DNA of 22,668 nucleotides from positions 1 to 22,668 of the IMG/VR virus record IMGVR_UViG_2778260991_000002, one strand, 5' to 3'. The DNA is from a virus (Duplodnaviria > Heunggongvirae > Uroviricota > Caudoviricetes). The position numbers and the translations under genes are program-made. The stretch's first letter is position 1, and every line of letters begins with the position of its first letter. The notes under the pieces are model-generated. The model made no database searches. It was not told the origin of the DNA and worked only from the letters and a program-made list of their open reading frames with translations. Shown piece after piece: positions 6,680 to 17,224 of the stretch.

Positions 6680-6691
6680 GGGCGGAAGGCT
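6680..6691 (+). other. cosN, the 12-nt cohesive-end site: GGGCGGAAGGCT here, against GGGCGGCGACCT in lambda
   Basis: Flanks match the recalled lambda ends closely (…CGTTACG | 12-mer | CGCGGGTTTTCGCTATTTATGAAAATTTTCCGGTTTAAGG…), and Nu1 starts about 190 nt downstream as in lambda. The 12-mer differs from lambda at positions 7-10. Confidence 0.65.
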
Positions 6692-6868
6692 CGCGGGTTT
6701 TCGCTATTTATGAAAATTTTCCGGTTTAAGGTGTTTCCGTTCTTCTTCGTCGTAACTTAATGTTTTTATTTAAAATACCCCCTGAAAAGAAAGGAAACGA
6801 CAGGTGCTGAAAACGGGCTTTTTGGCCTTTGTCGTTTCCTTTCTCTGTTTTTGTCCGTGGAATGAACA
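6692..6868 (+). promoter_or_regulatory. cosB region (terminase small-subunit binding elements and IHF site) between cosN and Nu1
   Basis: Near-identical to the recalled lambda left-end leader (CGCGGGTTTTCGCTATTTATGAAAATTTTCCGGTTTAAGG...GAAAGGAAACGACAGGTGCTGAAA...), ending at the Nu1 ATG. Individual R and I1 elements not delimited. Confidence 0.55.
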
Positions 6869-7388
6869 ATGGAAGTCAACAAAAAGCAGCTGGCTGACAT
6901 TTTCGGTGCGAGTATCCGTACCATTCAGAACTGGCAGGAACAGGGAATGCCCGTTCTGCGAGGCGGTGGCAAGGGTAATGAGGTGCTTTATGATTCTGCC
7001 GCCGTTATAAAATGGTATGCCGAAAGGGATGCTGAAATTGAGAACGAAAAGCTGCGCCGGGAAGTTGAAGAACTGCGGCAGGCCAGCGAGACAGATCTCC
7101 AGCCAGGGACTATTGAGTACGAACGCCATCGACTTACGCGTGCGCAGGCCGACGCACAGGAGCTGAAAAATGCCAGAGACTCCGCTGAAGTGGTGGAAAC
7201 CGCATTCTGTACTTTCGTGCTGTCGCGGATCGCAGGTGAAATTGCCAGTATTCTCGACGGGATCCCCCTGTCGGTGCAGCGGCGTTTTCCGGAACTGGAA
7301 AACCGACATGTTGATTTCCTGAAACGGGATATCATCAAAGCCATGAACAAAGCAGCCGCGCTGGATGAACTGATACCGGGGTTGCTGA

Positions 7389-7414
<26 letters not shown>
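6869..7414 (+). CDS. Nu1: Terminase small subunit Nu1
   Basis: 181 aa, essentially identical to recalled lambda Nu1 (MEVNKKQLADIFGASIRTIQNWQEQGMPVLRGGGKGNEVLYDSAAVIKWYAERDAEIENEKLRREVEELRQ...), including the N-terminal wHTH. Confidence 0.97.
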
Positions 7415-11095
<3,681 letters not shown>

Positions 11096-11115
<20 letters not shown>

Positions 11116-12415
11116 TCTCCCGCATATTGCCAGCATGGCCTTTAATGAGCCGCTGATGCTTGAACCCGCCTATGCGCGGGTTTTCTTTTGTGCGCTTGCA
11201 AGCCAGCTTGGGATCAGCCGCCTGACGGATGCGGTGTCCGGTGACAGCCTAGCTGCCGGAGAGGCACCCGCGACGCTGGCGTTATCCGGTGATGATGACG
11301 GACCACGACAGGCCCGCAGTTATCAGGTCATGAACGGCATCGCCGTGCTGCCGGTGTCCGGCACGCTGGTCAGCCGGACGCGAGCGCTGCAGCCGTATTC
11401 GGGGATGACCGGTTACAACGGCATTATCGCCCGTCTGCAACAGGCTGCCAGCGACCCGATGGTGGACGGCATTCTGCTGGATATGGACACACCGGGCGGG
11501 ATGGTGGCGGGAGCATTTGACTGTGCTGACATCATCGCCCGTGTGCGTGACATAAAACCGGTATGGGCGCTTGCCAACGACATGAACTGCAGTGCAGGTC
11601 AGTTGCTTGCCAGTGCCGCCTCCCGGCGTCTGGTCACGCAGACCGCCCGGACAGGCTCCATCGGCGTCATGATGGCTCACAGTAATTACGGTGCTGCGCT
11701 GGAGAAACAGGGTGTGGAAATCACGCTGATTTACAGCGGCAGCCATAAGGTGGATGGCAACCCCTACAGCCATCTTCCGGATGACGTCCGGGAGACACTG
11801 CAGTCCCGGATGGACGCAACCCGCCGGATGTTTGCACAGAAGGTGTCGGCATATACCGGCCTGTCCGTGCAGGCTGTGCTGGATACCGAGGCTGCAGTGT
11901 ACAGCGGTCAGGAGGCCATTGATGCCGGACTGGCTGATGAACTTGTTAACAGCACCGATGCGATCACCGTCATGCGTGATGCACTGGATGCACGTAAATC
12001 CCGTCTCTCAGGAGGGCGAATGACCAAAGAGACTCAATCAACAACTGTTTCAGCCACTGCTTCGCAGGCTGACGTTACTGACGTGGTGCCAGCGACGGAG
12101 GGCGAAAACGCCAGCGCGGCGCAGCCGGACGTGAACGCGCAGATCACCGCAGCGGTTGCGGCAGAAAACAGCCGCATTATGGGGATCCTCAACTGTGAGG
12201 AGGCTCACGGACGCGAAGAACAGGCACGCGTGCTGGCCGAAACCCCCGGTATGACCGTGGAAACGGCCCGCCGCATTCTGGCCGCAGCACCACAGAGTGC
12301 ACAGGCGCGCAGTGACACTGCGCTGGATCGTCTGATGCAGGGGGCACCGGCACCGCTGGCTTCAGGTAACCCGGCATCTGATGCCGTTAACGATTTGCTG
12401 AACACACCAGTGTAA
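11096..12415 (+). CDS. C: Head maturation protease/scaffold protein C (439 aa), GTG start
   Basis: The listed ORF start at 10961 lies inside B. The lambda-equivalent start is GTG at 11096 (VTAELRNLPHIASMAFNEPLM...) with SD GAGGAGGAG upstream; the length is then exactly 1320 nt as in lambda C. Confidence 0.9.
11810..12415 (+). CDS. Nu3: Capsid scaffolding protein Nu3, in-frame internal start within C
   Basis: In-frame ATG at 11810 (MDATRRMFAQKVSAYTGLSVQ...), 714 nt after the C start, the same offset as lambda Nu3 relative to C. Shares the C stop. Confidence 0.75.
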   Translation: MDATRRMFAQKVSAYTGLSVQAVLDTEAAVYSGQEAIDAGLADELVNSTDAITVMRDALDARKSRLSGGRMTKETQSTTVSATASQADVTDVVPATEGENASAAQPDVNAQITAAVAAENSRIMGILNCEEAHGREEQARVLAETPGMTVETARRILAAAPQSAQARSDTALDRLMQGAPAPLASGNPASDAVNDLLNTPV

Positions 12416-12424
12416 GGGATGTTT

Positions 12425-12757
12425 ATGACGAGCAAAGAAACCTTTACCCATTACCAGCCGCTGGGCAACAGTGACCCGGCTCATACCGCAACCGCGCCCG
12501 GCGGATTGAGTAAGAAAACGCCAGCAATGACTCCGTTGATGCCGGATACCTCCACCCGTAAGCTGGTTGCGTGGGATGGCACCACCGACGGTGCTGCCGT
12601 TGGCATTCTTGCTGTTGCTGCTGACCAGACCAGCACCACGCTGACGTTCTACAAGTCCGGCACGTTCCGTTATGAGGATGTGCTCTGGCCGGAGGCTGCC
12701 AGCGACGAGGCGAAAAAACGGACCGCGTTTGCCGGAACGGCAATCAGCATCGTTTAA
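12425..12757 (+). CDS. D: Head decoration protein D
   Basis: [29 protein letters not shown]..., near-identical to lambda gpD. ATG at 12425 with SD AAGGGA upstream; an ATG two codons earlier at 12419 is less likely. Confidence 0.93.
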   Translation: MTSKETFTHYQPLGNSDPAHTATAPGGLSKKTPAMTPLMPDTSTRKLVAWDGTTDGAAVGILAVAADQTSTTLTFYKSGTFRYEDVLWPEAASDEAKKRTAFAGTAISIV

Positions 12758-12774
12758 CCTGACCCTTCATCACT

Positions 12775-12799
12775 AAAGGCCGCCTGTGCGGCTTTTTTT
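12775..12799 (+). terminator. Terminator-like hairpin plus T7 run in the D-E intergenic region (inside the late operon)
   Basis: GCCGC (12779-12783) / GCGGC (12788-12792) with loop CTGT, flanking AAA/TTT extension, then seven T (12793-12799). Sits 14 nt upstream of the E start. Confidence 0.5.
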
Positions 12800-12812
12800 A
12801 CGGGATTTTTTT

Positions 12813-13838
12813 ATGTCGATGTACACAACCGCCCAGCTGCTGGCGGCAAATGAGCAGAAATTTAAGTTTGATCCGCTGTTTCTGCGTCTCTTTTTCCGTG
12901 AGAGCTATCCCTTCACCACGGAGAAAGTCTATCTCTCACAAATTCCGGGACTGGTAAACATGGCGCTGTACGTTTCGCCGATTGTTTCCGGTGAGGTTAT
13001 CCGTTCCCGTGGCGGCTCCACCTCTGAATTTACGCCGGGATATGTCAAGCCGAAGCATGAAGTGAATCCGCAGATGACCCTGCGTCGCCTGCCGGATGAA
13101 GATCCGCAGAATCTGGCTGACCCGGCTTACCGCCGCCGTCGCATCATCATGCAGAACATGCGTGACGAAGAGCTGGCCATTGCTCAGGTCGAAGAGATGC
13201 AGGCCGTTTCTGCCGTGCTCAAGGGCAAATACACCATGACCGGTGAAGCCTTCGATCCGGTTGAAGTGGATATGGGCCGCAGTGCGGCGAACAACATCAC
13301 ACAGTCCGGCGGCACGGAGTGGAGCAAGCGTGACAAGTCCACGTATGACCCGACCGACGATATCGAAGCCTACGCGCTGAACGCCAGCGGTGTGGTGAAT
13401 ATCATCGTGTTCGATCCGAAAGGCTGGGCGCTGTTCCGTTCCTTCAAAGCCGTCAGGGAGAAGCTGGATACCCGTCGTGGCTCTCATTCCGAGCTGGAGA
13501 CAGCGGTGAAAGACCTGGGTAAAGCGGTGTCCTATAAGGGGATGTATGGCGATGTGGCCATCGTCGTGTATTCCGGACAGTACGTGGAAAACGGCGTCAA
13601 AAAGAACTTCCTGCCGGACAACACGATGGTGCTGGGGAACACTCAGGCACGCGGTCTGCGCACCTATGGCTGCATTCAGGATGCGGACGCACAGCGCGAA
13701 GGCATTAACGCCTCTGCCCGTTACCCGAAAAACTGGGTGACCACCGGCGATCCGGCGCGAGAGTTCACCATGATTCAGTCAGCACCGCTGATGCTGCTGG
13801 CTGATCCTGATGAGTTCGTGTCCGTTCAACTGGCGTAA
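12813..13838 (+). CDS. E: Major capsid protein E
   Basis: MSMYTTAQLLAANEQKFKFDPLFLRLFFRESYPFTTEKVYLSQIPGLVNMALYVSPIVSGEV..., near-identical to lambda gpE (341 aa). ATG at 12813; the listed ORF start at 12786 is an upstream GTG inside the hairpin. Confidence 0.95.
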   Translation: MSMYTTAQLLAANEQKFKFDPLFLRLFFRESYPFTTEKVYLSQIPGLVNMALYVSPIVSGEVIRSRGGSTSEFTPGYVKPKHEVNPQMTLRRLPDEDPQNLADPAYRRRRIIMQNMRDEELAIAQVEEMQAVSAVLKGKYTMTGEAFDPVEVDMGRSAANNITQSGGTEWSKRDKSTYDPTDDIEAYALNASGVVNIIVFDPKGWALFRSFKAVREKLDTRRGSHSELETAVKDLGKAVSYKGMYGDVAIVVYSGQYVENGVKKNFLPDNTMVLGNTQARGLRTYGCIQDADAQREGINASARYPKNWVTTGDPAREFTMIQSAPLMLLADPDEFVSVQLA

Positions 13839-13840
13839 TC

Positions 13841-13861
13841 ATGGCCCTTCGGGGCCATTTT
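13841..13861 (+). terminator. Hairpin with UUCG tetraloop plus U-rich tail in the E-FI intergenic region
   Basis: ATGGCCC (13841-13847) / GGGCCAT (13852-13858) with loop TTCG, followed by TTTCTCTCT. Sits between the E stop (13838) and the FI start (13880). Confidence 0.5.
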
Positions 13862-13879
13862 CTCTCTGTGGGGGAGTCC

Positions 13880-14275
13880 ATGACGAAAGATGAACTGATT
13901 GCCCGTCTCCGGTCGCTGGGTGAGCAACTGAACCGTGATGTCAGCCTGACGGGAACGAAAGAAGAACTGGCGCTCCGTGTGGCAGAGCTGGAAGAGGAGC
14001 TTGATGACACGGATGACGCAGCCGGTCAGGACACGTCTGTCAGCCCGGAAAATGCGCTGACCGGACATGAAAATGAGGTGGTATCAGCACAGACGGATAC
14101 CGTGACTGATACGGCTGCTCTGGTCACGGTTGTGGCACTGGTGATGCTGCATACCGATGCACTTCACGCCACGCGGGATGAACCTGTGGCATTTGTGCTG
14201 CCGGGAACGGCGTTTCGTGTCTCTGCCGGTGTGGCAGCCGAAATGACAGAACGTGGCCTGGCCAGAATGCAATAA
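13880..14275 (+). CDS. FI: DNA packaging protein FI
   Basis: MTKDELIARLRSLGEQLNRDVSLTGTKEELALRVAELEEELDD... matches lambda gpFI. ATG at 13880 with SD GGGGGAG upstream. Confidence 0.92.
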   Translation: MTKDELIARLRSLGEQLNRDVSLTGTKEELALRVAELEEELDDTDDAAGQDTSVSPENALTGHENEVVSAQTDTVTDTAALVTVVALVMLHTDALHATRDEPVAFVLPGTAFRVSAGVAAEMTERGLARMQ

Positions 14276-14286
14276 CGGGAGGCGCT

Positions 14287-14640
14287 GTGGCTGATTTCGA
14301 TAACCTGTTCGATGCTGCCATTGCCCGCGCTGATGAAACGATACGCGGGTACATGGGAACGTCAGCCACCATGACATCCGGTGAGCAGTCCGGTGCTGTG
14401 ATACGTGGTGTTTTTGATGACCCTGAAAATATCAGCTATGCCGGACAGGGCGTGCGCGTTGAAGGCTCCAGCCCGTCCCTGTTTGTCCGGACTGATGAGG
14501 TGCGGCAGCTGCGGCGTGGAGACACGCTGACCATCGGTGAGGAAAACTTCTGGATAGACCGGGTTTCGCCGGATGATGGCGGAAGCTGTCATCTCTGGCT
14601 TGGGCGTGGCGTGCCGCCTGCCGTTAACCGTCGCCGCTGA
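14287..14640 (+). CDS. FII: Head-tail joining protein FII
   Basis: 117 aa, near-identical to lambda gpFII (MADFDNLFDAAIARADETIRGYMGTSAT...). Confidence 0.95.
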   Translation: MADFDNLFDAAIARADETIRGYMGTSATMTSGEQSGAVIRGVFDDPENISYAGQGVRVEGSSPSLFVRTDEVRQLRRGDTLTIGEENFWIDRVSPDDGGSCHLWLGRGVPPAVNRRR

Positions 14641-14651
14641 AAGGGGGATGT

Positions 14652-15230
14652 ATGGCCATAAAAGGTCTTGAGCAGGCCGTTGAAAACCTCAGCCGTATCA
14701 GCAAAACGGCGGTGCCTGGTGCCGCCGCAATGGCCATTAACCGCGTTGCGTCATCCGCGATATCGCAGTCTGCGTCACAGGTTGCCCGTGAGACAAAGGT
14801 ACGCCGGAAACTGGTAAAGGAAAGGGCCAGGCTGAAAAGGGCCACGGTCAAAAATCCGCAGGCCAGAATCAGGGTTAACCGGGGGGATTTGCCCGTAATC
14901 AAGCTGGGTAATGCGCGGGTTGTCCTGTCCCGCCGCAGGCGTCGTAAAAAGGGGCAGCGTTCATCCCTGAAAGGTGGCGGCAGCGTGCTTGTGGTGGGAA
15001 ACCGTCGTATTCCCGGCGCGTTTATTCAGCAACTGAAAAATGGCCGGTGGCATGTCATGCAGCGTGTGGCCGGGAAAAAACGTTACCCCATTGATGTGGT
15101 GAAAATCCCGATGGCGGTGCCGCTGACCACGGCGTTTAAACAGAATATTGAGCGGATACGGCGTGAGCGTCTTCCGAAAGAGCTGGGCTATGCGCTGCAG
15201 CATCAACTGAGAATGGTAATAAAGCGATGA
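14652..15230 (+). CDS. Z: Tail completion protein Z
   Basis: 192 aa, near-identical to lambda gpZ (MAIKGLEQAVENLSRISKTAVPGAAAMAINRVASSAISQ...). Confidence 0.95.
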   Translation: MAIKGLEQAVENLSRISKTAVPGAAAMAINRVASSAISQSASQVARETKVRRKLVKERARLKRATVKNPQARIRVNRGDLPVIKLGNARVVLSRRRRRKKGQRSSLKGGGSVLVVGNRRIPGAFIQQLKNGRWHVMQRVAGKKRYPIDVVKIPMAVPLTTAFKQNIERIRRERLPKELGYALQHQLRMVIKR

Positions 15231-15622
15231 AACATACTGAACTCCGTGCAGCCGTACTGGATGCACTGGAGAAGCATGACACCGGGGCGACGCTTTTTGA
15301 TGGTCGCCCCGCTGTTTTTGATGAGGAAGATTTTCCGGCAGTTGCCGTTTATCTCACCGGCGCTGAATACACGGGCGAAGAGCTGGACAGCGATACCTGG
15401 CAGGCGGAGCTGCATATCGAAGTTTTCCTGCCTGCTCAGGTGCCGGATTCAGAGCTGGATGCGTGGATGGAGTCCCGGATTTATCCGGTGATGAGTGATA
15501 TCCCGGCACTGTCAGATTTGATCACCAGTATGGTGGCCAGTGGCTATGACTACCGGCGCGACGATGATGCGGGCCTGTGGAGTTCAGCCGATCTGACTTA
15601 TGTCATTACCTATGAAATGTGA
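15227..15622 (+). CDS. U: Tail terminator protein U
   Basis: 131 aa, near-identical to lambda gpU ([22 protein letters not shown]...). ATGA overlap with the Z stop. Confidence 0.95.
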   Translation: MKHTELRAAVLDALEKHDTGATLFDGRPAVFDEEDFPAVAVYLTGAEYTGEELDSDTWQAELHIEVFLPAQVPDSELDAWMESRIYPVMSDIPALSDLITSMVASGYDYRRDDDAGLWSSADLTYVITYEM

Positions 15623-15629
15623 GGACGCT

Positions 15630-16370
15630 ATGCCTGTACCAAATCCTGTAATGCCGGTGAAAGGTGCCGGGACCACCCTGTGGGTTTATAAGGGGAGCGG
15701 TGACCCTTATGCGAACCCGCTTTCAGACGTTGACTGGTCGCGTCTGGCAAAAGTTAAAGACCTGACGCCCGGCGAACTGACCGCTGAGTCCTATGACGAC
15801 AGCTATCTCGATGATGAAGATGCAGACTGGACTGCGACCGGGCAGGGGCAGAAATCTGCCGGAGATACCAGCTTCACGCTGGCGTGGATGCCCGGAGAGC
15901 AGGGGCAGCAGGCGCTGCTGGCGTGGTTTAATGAAGGCGATACCCGTGCCTATAAAATCCGCTTCCCGAACGGCACGGTCGATGTGTTCCGTGGCTGGGT
16001 CAGCAGTATCGGTAAGGCGGTGACGGCGAAGGAAGTGATCACCCGCACGGTGAAAGTCACCAATGTGAGACGTCCGTCGATGGCAGAAGATCGCAGCACG
16101 GTAACAGCGGCAACCGGCATGACCGTGACGCCTGCCAGCACCTCGGTGGTGAAAGGGCAGAGCACCACGCTGACCGTGGCCTTCCAGCCGGAGGGCGTAA
16201 CCGACAAGAGCTTTCGTGCGGTGTCTGCGGATAAAACAAAAGCCACCGTGTCGGTCAGTGGTATGACCATCACCGTGAAAGGCGTTGCTGCAGGTAAGGT
16301 CAACATTCCGGTTTTATCCGGTAATGGTGAACTTGCTGCGGTTGCAGAAATCACTGTCACCGACAGTTAA
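15630..16370 (+). CDS. V: Major tail tube protein V
   Basis: [42 protein letters not shown]..., near-identical to lambda gpV including the C-terminal Ig-like domain. ATG at 15630 with SD GAGGA upstream. Confidence 0.95.
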   Translation: MPVPNPVMPVKGAGTTLWVYKGSGDPYANPLSDVDWSRLAKVKDLTPGELTAESYDDSYLDDEDADWTATGQGQKSAGDTSFTLAWMPGEQGQQALLAWFNEGDTRAYKIRFPNGTVDVFRGWVSSIGKAVTAKEVITRTVKVTNVRRPSMAEDRSTVTAATGMTVTPASTSVVKGQSTTLTVAFQPEGVTDKSFRAVSADKTKATVSVSGMTITVKGVAAGKVNIPVLSGNGELAAVAEITVTDS

Positions 16371-16385
16371 TCCGGAGAGTCAGCG

Positions 16386-16808
16386 ATGTTCCTGAAAACC
16401 GAATCATTTGAACATAACGGCGTGACCGTCACGCTTTCTGAACTGTCAGCCCTGCAGCGTATTGAGCATCTCGCCCTGATGAAACGGCAGGCAGAACAGG
16501 CGGAGTCAGACAGCAACCGGAAGTTTACTGTGGAAGACGCCATCAGAACCGGTGCTTTTGTGGTAGCGATGTCCCTGTGGCATAACCATCCGCAGAAGAC
16601 AAAGCAGCCTTCCATGAATGAAGCCGTTAAACAGATTGAGCAGGAAGTGCTTACCACCTGGCCTACAGAGGCAATTTCTCATGCTGAAAACGTGGTGTAC
16701 CGGCTGTCCGGTATGTATGAGTTTGTGGTGAATGATGCCCCTGAACAGGCAGAGGACGCCGGGCCTGCAGAGCCTGTTTCTGCGGGAAAGTGTTCGACGG
16801 TGAGCTGA
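16386..16808 (+). CDS. G: Tail assembly chaperone G
   Basis: 140 aa, near-identical to lambda gpG (MFLKTESFEHNGVTVTLSELSALQRIEHLALMKRQAEQAESD...). Confidence 0.95.
   Translation: MFLKTESFEHNGVTVTLSELSALQRIEHLALMKRQAEQAESDSNRKFTVEDAIRTGAFVVAMSLWHNHPQKTKQPSMNEAVKQIEQEVLTTWPTEAISHAENVVYRLSGMYEFVVNDAPEQAEDAGPAEPVSAGKCSTVS
16784..16790 (+). other. Programmed -1 ribosomal frameshift slippery heptamer GGGAAAG (G to G-T)
   Basis: G GGA AAG lies in the G frame 6 codons before the G stop. The -1 frame is open from here to 17224 and encodes the T sequence, the conserved lambda G/G-T arrangement. Confidence 0.85.
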
Positions 16809-17224
16809 GTTTTGCCCTGAAACTGGCGCGCGAGATGGGGCGACCCGACTGGCGTGCCATGCTTGCCGGGATGTCATCCACGGAGTATGCCGACTGGCAC
16901 CGCTTTTACAGTACCCATTATTTTCATGATGTTCTGCTGGATATGCACTTTTCCGGGCTGACGTACACCGTGCTCAGCCTGTTTTTCAGCGATCCGGATA
17001 TGCATCCGCTGGATTTCAGTCTGCTGAACCGGCGCGAGGCTGACGAAGAGCCTGAAGATGATGTGCTGATGCAGAAAGCGGCAGGGCTTGCCGGAGGTGT
17101 CCGCTTTGGCCCGGACGGGAATGAAGTTATCCCTACTTCCCCGGATGTGGCGGACATGACGGAGGATGACGTAATGCTGATGACAGTATCAGAAGGGATC
17201 GCAGGAGGAGTCCGGTATGGCTGA
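16784..17224 (+). CDS. T: T portion of the G-T fusion tail assembly chaperone (made only by -1 frameshift from G; full product spans 16386-17224)
   Basis: The -1 frame ORF (listed 16790-17224) encodes ...FDGELSFALKLAREMGRPDWRAMLAGMSSTEYADWHRFYSTHYFHDVLLDMHFSGLTYTVLSLFF..., matching lambda gpT. It has no independent SD or start context. Confidence 0.85.
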   Translation, partial: GKVFDGELSFALKLAREMGRPDWRAMLAGMSSTEYADWHRFYSTHYFHDVLLDMHFSGLTYTVLSLFFSDPDMHPLDFSLLNRREADEEPEDDVLMQKAAGLAGGVRFGPDGNEVIPTSPDVADMTEDDVMLMTVSEGIAGGVRYG

